In this document: positions 11,438 through 22,450 of the stretch, in pieces | How positions within the stretch are numbered: position 1 is the stretch's first letter | Layout of the letters: the number at the start of each line of letters is the position of its first letter | NCBI GenBank assembly: GCA_964036045.1 | Contig: OZ038379.1 | Coordinates: forward strand, 6,510,001-6,574,000 | Direction: 5' to 3' | DNA from: Eutreptiella sp. 'Long Island Sound 2002' | Lineage: Eukaryota; Protista; Euglenida | DNA: 64,000 nt | Notes under the pieces: model-generated | Told to the model about the DNA's origin: nothing | Seen by the model: only the letters and a program-made list of their open reading frames with translations | The model's database searches: none | Program-made: the position numbers and the translations under genes

Positions 11438-12529
11438 TTTTTTTTCTTCTATTTTTTGTCACTTGTTTTGATGGCATCAGTAGAATACTCTGCAACAAAC
11501 GCCGAAGGCTCCACAACCCCAGATTCCATTGACTCTATGGCCAAAGATGTGGCTACGCCAGACACAACTCGAGGAGCCGAAGGCACTTGCAGCCCAGAAT
11601 CCATTGATTGGGGGGCTGATGATGAGGTGCTTGAAGAATGGCGGCTGAAGAACGCACTGGGTCGTGCAAAGCGAACACATAAGTTGCAAATTGACCCCTG
11701 ACCAGCATCGAGGTACTTGTCGCGCGGAAAACTTTTTGATCACCGGGGGACAATGAATCCCAGGGGACCAGAGATGCGTCTTTTTTGTGGGCAGTAAAAA
11801 CACTTCATGGTGCCAATTTGAAGAAGCAATATAGGAAGAAAAGGTATTATCCAATGACCCAAAGTAAATGATGCACATCTTCGATTGACACCTCCAAATC
11901 AGGTGTCCTAGACTCCTAGAAGCCCCAACAAACCGGCTGAACAAATCAGCAAAATCACAGAAAACCAACGAATCGGCGAAATTCAGAAACCCAACAAATC
12001 GGTAGAACAAATCGGCAATGTTGGCCAAATTCGGCCGCCGATTGGGGGGGGAGGGGTGTGTGTTGTTCTTGCGATGCCCAGAACGTGTGGTGCAGGTGGT
12101 AGTGGGCACAAAAGTGTCCCGGGAGACCGGAAGCGAACCTTGCACTGCTTTTTGGGTCAGGCAGGAGTTCGCACCACTAGTGTTGTGTTGCCGCCACTGC
12201 CATGCACAACAATGGGGGGGCAGAGTAGGCTCCCGATAAGCAACATGACGAACCCACCGCTTGTGCCGCGAGTGACCCCACCCCTCGCAGGACAATCAAG
12301 GGTAGTCAAACAAAAAGTGCACCCCCCACAATGTGTGCACCACAAGCACCGCTTGCAGTTGCATTGGGCACAAGTGTAGGGTGGGCGGATCAGGGCACAA
12401 ACATGCCACTTTTTTTGCTAACTATGCCACTCATGGTACACATCTTGCGCCCCATTGTGGTCGTGGGCCTCCGCAGAAACCGTAGCGGCAATTTCTTGAG
12501 ACACAATATCGGAGTCGCGGTTGTTGCTA

Positions 12530-13400
12530 CATAACCCTTGCCGCTTGGGGGGTCCCCAACGCTTCAGAGCGGGGGGCATAATCAGAATTGGTCCACAAGT
12601 GGGCCGGGTGGCTGCGTAACCCCTGCGTAACCCTTGCTGCCTGGGGGTCCCCAACGCTTCAGAGCGGGGGGCAGAATCAGAAGTGGCCCAGAAGTGGCTA
12701 CATAAAGCCTGCCGCCTAGGGGATCCCCAACACTTCAGAGCGGGGGGCAAAATCACAAGTGGCCCACAAGTGGGCCGGGTGGCTACATAACCCCTGCCAC
12801 CTCGGGGGTCCCCAACACTTCAGAGCGGGGGGCAGAATCAGAAGTGGCCCACAAGTGGGCCGGGCGGCTGCGTAACCCTTGCCGCCTAGGGGGCCCCCAA
12901 CGCTCTAGAGCAGGGGCCACAATCAGAAGTGGCCCACAAATATAACCCCTGCCACCTCGAGAATCCCCAACCGTTCAGAGCGGGGGGCAGAATCAGAAGT
13001 GGCCCACAAGTGGGCCGCGTGGCTACATAACCCCTGCCGCTTGGGGGATCCCCAACAGTTCAGAGCGGGGGGTAGAAACAGAAGTGGCCCACAAGTGGGC
13101 CGGGTGGCTACATAACCCCTGCCGCCTCGGAGGTCCCCAACGCTTCAGAGCGGGGGGCAGAATCAGCATGCCGCCTCGGAGGTCCCCAACGGCTCAGAGC
13201 GGGGGGGGCAGAATCAGCAGTGGCCCACAAGTGGGCCAGGTGGCCGGGGAACCCCTGCCGCCTCGGGGGTCCCCAACGCTTTAGAGCGGGGGGCAGAATC
13301 AGAAGTGGCCCACAAGTGGGCCGGGTGGCTACATAACCCCTACCGCCTCGGGGGTCCCCAACGCTTCAGAGCGGGTGGGGGGCAGAATCAGAAGTGGGCC
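12530..13400 (+). repeat. ~85-bp minisatellite (~10 units) with an internal hairpin GGCCCAC-AA-GTGGGCC
   Basis: Unit CAGAATCAGAAGTGGCCCACAAGTGGGCCGGGTGGCTACATAACCCCTGCCGCCTCGGGGGTCCCCAACGCTTCAGAGCGGGGGG, with several partially deleted units. Confidence 0.9.
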
Positions 13401-14127
13401 CAAAGTTGGTTGCGCCAAAAGGGGTAAATAAACCGGGAAAGCCCACAAAGGCGGATTGGAGGTGGGAAGAAGCCATTTGGCTTTTTTGGGGTACACTCGC
13501 GCGGACACTCAAAAACAAAAAGACACTGAAACTGACACCCAAAAAAATATTTTTTTCGTACCTTTTTGTTCAAGTGTCATGCGTAGACGTACATACAAGA
13601 CACAAAAGGATCCAACGAGCTCACTTGGCCTCTGGAAGAGCTTGACGTGGCTAATGCCCACAAGGAGCTTGCGAAGCATGAGGTACTGGCAGCAGTGCAC
13701 AAGTTGGCCACCATGTCATTGTCATACAAGCACCTCGGTTTCCTGCCCTGCAAAAAGCGCGGAACACTGTAGCACAGGCCCCACCTGCCACGCCATTTGG
13801 CACACGGCTTCCCGTGACATGTCATGAATGGATGGATGGATGAATGAAAGGATGACATGACATGTCATCCTTTCTCCTTCATCTGCCTGTGTGGTCCTGT
13901 GCATGGGATGCACACCGCTGGTGGTCCTCTTTTATCCACCTGGGCATTGGTCCTTCCTCATGTTCCTATGGTCGAGGTTGTTGGACTGGAATTCGTTCCC
14001 GGTGCCGCAGGTGCAAGACACTGCGCTGATTTGCATCCTCATGTGGTACCCATGGTGAAATAGTCACAAAATGCTTTGAAATGCCTTTTAGTGTCGGCTG
14101 TGTGCCACATCAACTGATGGGTTGTAC

Positions 14128-14275
14128 AACTTTGTTAGATGGCATAAGAGCTGGTGTATGGTAGTGTGTGCCCTTTGTAGATGCGCTGCAACCCGGCTCA
14201 ATGATGTCCCACGTGACCCGTGCAGTCAACCTGGTCCAGGCTTCCTTGGAGATAGTGGTGAGTAGACCCGTGATA
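14128..14275 (+). repeat. Dispersed repeat, copy 1 (copy 2 at ~27030-27172)
   Basis: Gapless alignment by eye, e.g. GTGTGTGCCCTTTGTAGATG and AACCTGGTCCA...TGGAGATAGTGGTGAG are shared. Confidence 0.75.
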
Positions 14276-14549
14276 GCCCCCCCCCTCCCTAAGGCCGGAT
14301 TCACGACAGAACTACAGAACCACAGTGGCCAGTGTGACGTCACTTGGCAATGGGTGGAAAATTTTTTCCATTGTTTCGCCGGATCCGCACGCCTCGTTTC
14401 AGGAGGTGGGCAAATCCACCGAAACACTAATTTCTTTTCACAGGGCAGTGAACAATGGCAGGAAGGGAAACGCTTGCACCCGACAGTCCCATAACAATAT
14501 GTGATTGGTGCCCACCACCAATGGTTGCGAAGAGTTTTGGTTTCGAAAT

Positions 14550-14711
14550 GCATTCGTGACAGCCGAGTGGCAATTTCTTTTTGCGAAAATCAATTTTTGA
14601 AAGGCATTCGTGACAGCCGAGTGGCAATTTCTTTTTGCGAAAATCAATTTTTGAAAGGCATTCGTGACAGCCGAGTGGCAATTTCTTTTTGCGAGAATCA
14701 ATTTTTGAAAG
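14550..14711 (+). repeat. 54-bp tandem repeat x3
   Basis: GCATTCGTGACAGCCGAGTGGCAATTTCTTTTTGCGAAAATCAATTTTTGAAAG starts at 14550, 14604 and 14658. Confidence 0.9.
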
Positions 14712-14814
14712 GAGGCTGTTGTGAAAAATGTTTCTGCGTTTATTTTTGTGATTTTTGCGAAACATTATGGAGGTGATACCCGTTGCTCAAGCGAACTAGA
14801 AGGTGGTTGGGCTC

Positions 14815-14990
14815 TGGAATTGCAGTCGATGGAACGCACATGCAATAGTCGAAGAATATGGTTTCAATGGATGAACTATGGACATGGACACACCATATGG
14901 ACATGGCAGTGTTTTATATTGTTCTTCTCAAACACACATCCATCATTGCAGTCCACACATGAGCAAAAAGGGGTCCATGAACTGACACAA
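14815..14990 (+). pseudogene. Possible IS5/Harbinger-type (DDE_Tnp_4) transposase remnant
   Basis: GIAVDGTHMQ* resembles the first catalytic aiDGTH motif; downstream sequence has stops and only weak similarity. Confidence 0.25.
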
Positions 14991-15274
14991 ACAGAATGGC
15001 GTGGAAAATAGGCTGCCAAGTGCATATGAGACACCACCATCGACACCAACCACACCACTTTCCCAATCAGATGGGACCAAGCGGAACACGGAGACAACCA
15101 GAAGGACCAGGCCTGCACATGCCTGTTTGTAGGTCCATCGTGTGCAGACATGTACATGGCAATAGGGCCTCCCGTGATCGTGAGAAACGCCATTGGATTG
15201 GGAAGTACGACGTGCACTAGGCTGAGGGGCGCCAAACGGTGGTCAGCCTTGACTCAATCATGACAAGCCAAGTA

Positions 15275-16443
15275 CCCCCCCCCCCTTGTCTAAGCTACGC
15301 CAAAGTACCAAATTAATACGGTCCCTACGCCTACTGTAGCTTGGACACGGGCGTAGCTTGCGCGCGACATATACAACTACCGACACACACGTAAATGAGC
15401 GCATAGTATGAGTGCACCTCAACCTCCACCCATGTTCCATGTTCCATAATGCACAAATACCCCCAAAATCAGAGTTATGTGGGCAAACACTCACAACAAA
15501 TGTGTACATGACCCTATGTACCCGGCGAATTCGTCAAACCCATGTCTTATGTGGTTGCACTAAATTTGGTACCGAATTAAAATTAGGTACCAAATTAATA
15601 CGGTCCCTACGCCTACTGTAGCTTGGACAAGGGCGTAGCTTAGACAAGGGGTGTGAAGCAACGGATACTCAGCTACCATATGACCCCCGTGACACAGGTC
15701 ATAGGTCATCGCCAACAACATTGTTCTGCTGCACTGCAGCACTGTTTGTTCATAGGCATAGCATTGTTCGCAGGTCACCTCACTCGGCCCTCCCCATGGC
15801 CCCGATTAGCTGTACCGACACCGCTTGGGCCAGTTCTCTGAGTTGTCCTCATTTAATTCCTCTGAAATGTGGGACCCCCCCGAGCAGTTTGAATCCGTGT
15901 CATACGAGTCAGGCATTTCCTGCAGTCCCAACTCCCCCCAGATATCCTGCACTGATTTTTGTTTCATGACACATTCATATGCCTTTCTCGCTCCCTTGGA
16001 CGCCTTGGCGTCTGCATGCTCATTTCCCGTGACCCCCACATGTGACGGCACCCATAGCACATCGACACTGTCCCCTAGTAGCTGCCACTGCCCCCACAAA
16101 TCCTCCCACAGATCAACATGCGCCAGCGGTCCCCTGGAGCCCACCCATTTGTGCCTGGACCACTTGTTGCATTTTCCTGTTAACCCTTTATACACCAGTT
16201 CCGAGTCTGTCACCACCAGGAGAGGCCGTCCGGGGCATTTATGATATACAGCCCGAAGGGCTGCTCTCAGCTCTGCCCGAGTTATAGATTGCCGCTCTGT
16301 GTTCAATAGCGGCAGCTCCTCATTGCGAGCGTCATTGTCCCCAAACCACACACCATAGCCTGCATGATGCACACCACCTGTCTCCTGCTTGGACCCATCA
16401 ACAAAGCTTAGACTTAGACTTAGATTAGACAAGGGGGGGGGGG
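15275..16443. mobile_element. 1169-bp TA-flanked TIR element containing an RNase H ORF
   Basis: TA|C11-TTGTCTAA ... TTAGACAA-G11|TA. 55-bp direct repeats at 15305-15359 and 15587-15641 (1 mismatch). An internal TIR copy lies at 15632-15651. Confidence 0.8.
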
Positions 16444-16465
16444 TAATAGAGAACTGAGGAGACAT
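15806..16465 (-). CDS. RNase H1-type domain (retroelement-like), uninterrupted, 219 aa
   Basis: FVDGS, RAELRAA, VVTDSELVYKG, HVDLWEDL and WVPSHVGVTGNEHAD give all four acidic catalytic residues. The ATG (16465) lies outside the TIR and reads through it in frame. Confidence 0.8.
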   Translation of the reverse strand: MSPQFSITPPPLSNLSLSLSFVDGSKQETGGVHHAGYGVWFGDNDARNEELPLLNTERQSITRAELRAALRAVYHKCPGRPLLVVTDSELVYKGLTGKCNKWSRHKWVGSRGPLAHVDLWEDLWGQWQLLGDSVDVLWVPSHVGVTGNEHADAKASKGARKAYECVMKQKSVQDIWGELGLQEMPDSYDTDSNCSGGSHISEELNEDNSENWPKRCRYS

Positions 16466-17393
16466 AGGTCAGACAGAATGTCTCCAGTGCAAACAGAAGA
16501 AACAGAGCAGACAGACAATGGTGAATCGCCATAGACAAAGCAAAATTCTTCGTGCTGCGGCATGCTGCGGCATGCTGCGGCTGCACATGCTTGCCTACAA
16601 AAGCTATTGAAGGAGCGTCCCACGGATTGCACATCCGGCGGAAATCAGGCTTCGTGTGTTCGGGCAGTGCTGCATGACAAAGCCCAAGGACCTGAAACGC
16701 AGCGTCCTGCCCCTTAACCGACGAAGCACCCGGAACTCGACTCCAGCAATTTGTCACGTGGTGACAGAAAGGATTGGATCGCGAACCGTTGACATCACAT
16801 GATGTTGGAATCAAAAGCACGAACCCTTTGCTCCCCGGTGAACCCTGCCCCCTCTCTTTGGCTTGCGCGGGAACCGGCGCTGGGCAGAGGTCGGGACACA
16901 CATTTCAGATATATATCCGCATGTTCCTTCAGACATGGGAGGGAGTACCCTAGCTGCCAGCTCGCTAGGGTACGACTTGGCGAACATGGGTTCGATTCCG
17001 GTACTTGCACGGGAAGAGTCACCTTCCAGAGCAAGCAGCGATTGCTTTTGCAAGTAATGACTGAAGGATGGGGCAAACGCATGAGAAAAATGCGGAGTCG
17101 CAGAATTGTCATTGCGGAGACCGTCCCACTTTCGCATGCAAACGCAAAGCACTCACACATCTCATCGCAAAAGCATGCAACAGCCTGTTTATTATTCTGA
17201 GGCACTGGCCTTGGTGATACAGCGTAGTTATCACCTCTGAAATACAGAAAGCAGTCCAGGGGTGAAAGCGTCTGCGACGTCTGCCGACCCAGCTCAACAG
17301 CTTGTGCTTATCAGCTTTGAGCTTCGCAATGCCGACGGTTCTCTGTGTTGGCTGTCCCATGTGCTTAGGATCTGACATCGAATCGAAACCCCG

Positions 17394-17765
17394 CTAATGG
17401 TTATGCCCCGCATGGGCATCCCCATGGGCATGCCCGGCCTCGCAATGTTCGTGACCGATCAACACTAGACCGATCAACGTGGCTCCGAGGACGAAGCACA
17501 GGGTCGCCACCGTCAGGTACAACATCGTGGGTTTCTCAATCAGCAAACCATGCCAAATGGGTACAATCCCAAGATACATCAGGGTCCCGCCCCCAAGCGC
17601 CAGCAGTGCGCCCACAACGGCTGGCCCGATCTCCGTGAAAGAGATGATTAGCGCGCCGAGGATGACACTCAAGGAGCTGATGAAGTTGAGGAGAAGGGCC
17701 TGAAGAAATGTCAGCCCGCCTTTGGTTTTATCCGTCAGCAGCCAGAACTCAGACAGCTCAGCAGC
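17394..17765 (-). CDS. ZIP/SLC39 metal transporter, exon 2 (TM5 end to TM8, His-rich tail)
   Basis: Acceptor tacAG (17767-17766), phase 0. AAELSEF..LLLNFISSLSVILG..LLALGGGTLMYLG..; ends GHAHGDAHAGHNH*. Confidence 0.9.
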   Translation of the reverse strand, partial: AAELSEFWLLTDKTKGGLTFLQALLLNFISSLSVILGALIISFTEIGPAVVGALLALGGGTLMYLGIVPIWHGLLIEKPTMLYLTVATLCFVLGATLIGLVLIGHEHCEAGHAHGDAHAGHNH

Positions 17766-18657
17766 CTGTAGTTGATGGGATCGAACGGAGGAAGGGGGGT
17801 TCAGGCGTGGCGTGAGGCTGAGGATGGGATGCAGGGGAGGGTGGGGCCGAGCGATGCAGGCAACACGACATGTGGCACGAGAGTCGGACTTGACTTCCAG
17901 TATTTTGTGTGGGCCGTACCCAGAGGGGGCACGAGGAAGGCAAGCACCCATTGGTGTCAGGGGCTACCCTGCGGCCTGGCGTTGCTACACTACCCCTATA
18001 CAATGCAGTGCGACATGAGACCGCAGTGCGGAGGCTCGTGGTATTCGTCGACAGGCTTAAGTCCGGGAGGAGGGGGAGGTTGAAGTCCTGGATGAGGCAC
18101 ACACGTTTTGATGGCAGGCCCTGCGGATGTGCTACCACAACTCCAGGGGGTTATTGGCTGGTTGGGTCATGCCCTACTTGGGAAGGTGTGCCATGCCGGT
18201 GGGCATGTCCGACACCTCTACACGGGGGGGGGGGGGGTTATGGAGCAGGCGGCACAGGGCAAAGAGGATGCGGATATAATGCAACAAATCCACGAAATGC
18301 ACCGCAGACTGTATTGCGCACTAACAGGTGAGCTATATTTTGGACAATACCTGACACACCTTTGACCTATACCCCACCCAGGGATGCATTGGAATGGGGC
18401 GGGGGGTACACCCCCTGTGTGACATTCCGTCTGGTTGTTGCTCCTTTACGGGGGGTACACCCCCCCTCCCCCCCCCCAGGGCGCCCTGCCCACGCCCAGC
18501 CACCGTCTCCCTGACAGCAAGTGCCAGCTTCAATAGCATTTGCCACCGCCCCCAGCAACCGCCCCCAACCGCCTACCTAACGGCCTCTGGGGCCGCCTCT
18601 GGGTCACTTCCCTTCTAATGCATCCCTGCACCCGCCTTCAGGGGGGGGGGGGGGGGG

Positions 18658-19345
18658 CAGGGCGTTGCTTGAGCAGAGGGGGGAGGGGGGGAGGGAGTCC
18701 AGAGGGGAGCCCCCCCCCCCTTGCCGAAATGAACCATATCCACTAGGAATTGCAAAAATGCACCACACTGGCCCATTCAGCATCTACATTTGCCGTAATG
18801 TCTGAACATGGGTAATCAACTCATCTCTTTTGGTCCATACATTGTGCCCTCACCTAAACACCACCAGGCAACACAAACAGGAAAAACACGAAGGAATGCT
18901 CATTGTTATCAAATTGTCTGCCAAAGATCAATCAGGGTTCGACTCACCTGAGCTGGACTCACCAATGTCATCCTCTTCTGAACTGGAAGAGGAACCAGAA
19001 GAATCTGAGCTGGATGACGAGTCACTACTTGGGGCAGACACATCAGAGAGGACACCATTTGTGTCTGGTTCAGAATCAGGATGGAGTGTTCAGAAAAAGT
19101 GTGGAACATGCTTTCTGTGCAACATTGTATGCCTCTTATACCCTGCTATAGGTGTGCCGAAGGCGCGGGAGGAAAAAATTGGCCCAAACGAAAAAGGGTT
19201 CCCAGAACCCTGATTCTCAGGTGAATTAGAGCAGAGGGGAGGAGGGGGGGAGGGGGTCCAGGGGAGGGGGTCCAGGGGAGGGGGGCAGGGGGTCCAGGGG
19301 GGAGCCCCCCCCCCCCGCCGGAATGAAAACTAAAGCAACGCCCTG
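18658..19345. mobile_element. 688-bp TIR element (hAT-like ends) inside the ZIP intron
   Basis: 13-bp TIR CAGGGCGTTGCTT / AAGCAACGCCCTG. Direct repeats GTCCAG(A/G)GGGGAG-Cn..GCCG(A/G)AATGAA at 18697-18733 and 19292-19327. Ser/acidic low-complexity frame inside. No clear TSD (G-runs). Confidence 0.6.
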
Positions 19346-19846
19346 TTGGGGGGGGGGGGGGGATGAGGGGCACCCACGGTGTGGACAAAAGGCAGGCAGG
19401 CGCCGCCCCCCAGACACACACTCGTAGGTTATCCGACCCACCAAATGGGAGCTTGGCCCCGTCCATAGTCCTTGTGCGACGGCGCTCCGGCGCTCCGCAG
19501 CACCCCCGGGGCCTCATCCCCTGGTGGGGTCTGCACACACGTGAGCAGTAACAGCGTGCTGCTGGCCTCAATTGGGTCAGAAACTGAGCGCCGGATGACC
19601 GTGCCCACTGCCTACGGGTTGCTGTTGGGATGCAGGATGCACTTGCACAACTCCGTTGTTTCTTCCCAATTCGCACTATGCCACTCGGTGCACTATTACG
19701 CAGATTCCTCAGAGTCACTGCATAAATACTACTCCAAGAATATCAGCAGGTCCCGCAACTGATATCCCACAGCGGTCTGGCAGACCCTGCAGCACAACTG
19801 AAGGGTCAGGTACAAAAAAAGGTACAGGGGCCATTGAAATGCATAC

Positions 19847-21070
19847 CAGCTCGTGCAAAATGGTCGCGGCAGCCACCGTCCAACCGGTGGCTGGGTCACA
19901 AAGTTTGAATGCAACACCAATCAACACCCCGTCCACGAAATTGTGCATTCCATCTCCGAGGAGCACGGACCATGCAACCCCATTCATTGGCCAGCACGGC
20001 TTCGGTTGGGGGGCGAAGCCAGATGAGGGGACCTCAACATCGCCTTCAGGGGTGCCTTCAGTCTGGCCGTCGGGGCGGATGACCTTGCTCTGGATGACAT
20101 GGTCGTGGTCGCCATGAACGTGATGCCCCTGGGGGAAGAGCACAGCCATCAACCATTCGATGAGGGCTGGAATGAAAAAGCCCAACAGCACCGAGGACCC
20201 CCACCACGCCGACGCCACCGACTCGTCCGGGTGCGCAGCCGATATGTTTAAGTAGGACTCCGGATAAATCAAGAAGAACACGGTTGCAAGCACTGCACCG
20301 GAGGCAAAGGCGTCCATGTATTTGAAAAGGCGGAACCGTATCATTGCCACACCGACCCCCGGAACAAGGAGCGCCAACCCAGTGAGGGTCGCCAAGCACA
20401 CGACACTCGACGCCAGTATGGCCAAGCCCGTGTTCTTGGGCGCAGCTGCCTCGCCACTCGCGGGTTCCGTGGCCTCCGGCTTGGCATCCTGGTCCTCGGG
20501 GTCTCTTAAATAGTGGTTGCGGAGCCCAAACTCCGTAGGGATGTATTGGGCGAAGATCACAAACGGCTGTTTGTGATCGTGATCGTGATCATGATCATGA
20601 TGATCGTCGGCGCTTGCGGCTTGGTACTTGGCGCTGGTGGAAAACAGAACCTGGAAGGTGCTAATGCTCGCCTTGCTGTTGAACTCCAACTCATACAGCT
20701 TACCCACACCGAGGGGCAAGGCCGAACCTGCTGACACATGTGTTGCGTTTCCCTCCCAGGTCTCCTCCGCCTCATGTTCCACCTCGTGGATGGCCGCACT
20801 GGTCGCGTTCTTCGCAGGCATGATGAGCAGCTTCATTGCCGAATCTGCATACTTCCCGCCCACCTTCTCCGCAATCCAAGTGTATTGCTCATCCGTATGC
20901 ACGTTGAATGCCCCCGCCCATTCCCATTTTGTCCCGTGGTCGTCATGACCATGATTATCATGGCCATGATCATGCCCGTCGTGGCCCTCTTCGCAAAGGC
21001 ACGAAGGGAGTAGCAACCACGTGATGAAAAGACAAACCAAACATCGGGAGTGCAGGCCAGTGTAGGACAT
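19847..21070 (-). CDS. ZIP/SLC39 (LIV-1-like) Zn/divalent metal transporter, exon 1
   Basis: Signal-peptide-like N-terminus, His-rich loops, TM4 motif GDGMHNFVDG, TM5 start ATILHEL, donor CTG|GTATGC (19846). Spliced product is 531 aa; intron is 2081 bp. Confidence 0.9.
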
Positions 21071-21949
21071 CTTGTGTTCTGAACAAGAGTATCCTACAAA
21101 CAAAAGAACATTGTATGCACTCGATGTGTGTTTTGCACATTGCAGCAGTAGCAAGTCTTGAGGAAATATGGGTTCGAATGCAAGGCAACCACTGAGCACC
21201 CGTGCACAAGGTTTCGTGGTCAAGGCAGCGGTGGTTGGATTTCACCGTGGTCCTTCAGCTTGCCTTCCAATGTTCAGGCTGCTACTGGTAAGAGGCATGA
21301 CATCAGGTTTTGGAATGACTGGGCAGTAGAGATGAGAGTCTTTGACCAAACCTCATGGGTGGCACCTGCTATGGTCAGCGACCCGCCCCCCACAGCAAAC
21401 TCCGCTCACAGGTCATTCCGCGGAAACGCTGCAACGAACGAACGAACTGGGCTGCAGGTGCCGCAGGTGCTGCAACACCAACATCTTAGACACCCAAAGC
21501 TGAAAAAAGGTCTCTGGAGAATGTAGTCACCGCTGTGAAGACTACACATCTAACGGTGTCGTGGGGTTTGTGCACTGCCCATGGAATGAGTCCCGGTGCT
21601 GTCGTGAGTGTATGGCACAGTGGTAGTGGAGGCCACATACCTGTTTGCCCTTGGATCCTCAGTTGCCCAAAACATTTGTACATGTGAGCATGCACATACA
21701 TATGACATTGACAAGATTGCAATGCATATGATATGATTTTTGGCTGATCACAGGGCACAATGTAGTCTTAGGCCGGTAGACCAAGCAGGTGCACACCCCA
21801 ACTTCCTCCCACAGTATACAGTTGAGCAGTGGTGGTCGCCTGCTGCTCCAGAAAAGGGAACATTCTTCTGGGGAGAGGCATTGACTGGTGTGACGGCGCC
21901 ACCAACACCAAGCGGATTACCCTCCTGCCCTTCCGCCGTCGTGAGTCCC

Positions 21950-22450
21950 TCACATCTGTGCTGCAGTCCGTGCCCCACCCCAAGGCATTCAAACAGGACC
22001 CCTGAGCCCTCTCCCGGGCCCTGTCACTGACATCCGTGCAAAACCAATCGCTGGCAGGTGCCTCTGATGATTCCTCGTCTGACGACATGTCCACCTCCAG
22101 CTCTGTGCCCCTGAACCCCCCGGGGTCATCCCCTGAGGTCAACGACAGTGCACAATCTTCCATGGGGTCCAATCCCAATGCATCCCACTCTGTCACACAC
22201 CGTCTCTTGGACAGTGGGACAAGAGTGCTTCGGGTGCAGGCCCCTGACCAGTGACACCAGGGCATCCACCTCCTCGGTCCCGCAGACGTCCAGGTGAGAG
22301 GGTGCCCACCGCACCTGCACATGCCTCCCATCCATCTCACGTAGCCACACAATCTGCGCCCACAGGTCTTTGTGTCCCACTTCCCCTGTGGAGCACCGCC
22401 ACCAAATACTGCAGTTTGGACAAGGAAACCCTTGGACATAAGCAGACAGC
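21950..22450 (-). pseudogene. Third RNase H family copy, frameshifted
   Basis: VGHKDLWAQIVWLREMDGRHVQVRWAPSHLDVCGTEEVDAL, then WDALGLDPM, an acidic tract and FCTDVS. Confidence 0.65.

Noticed and set aside
12530-13400. CRISPR-like array (palindromic repeat)
   Set aside because: No unique spacers, no cas genes, and a eukaryotic context; it is a tandem minisatellite.
16405-16443. Telomere-like (TTAGAC)n
   Set aside because: Not TTAGGG; it is a stutter of the element's own TIR sequence.
16940-17005. tRNA gene
   Set aside because: Only a B-box (GGTTCGATTCC) is evident; no convincing A-box or cloverleaf.
19715-19846. C-terminal extension of the 502-aa ZIP ORF (VCISMAPVPFF...)
   Set aside because: Read-through into the intron; the GTATGC donor and the in-phase downstream exon complete the ZIP fold.
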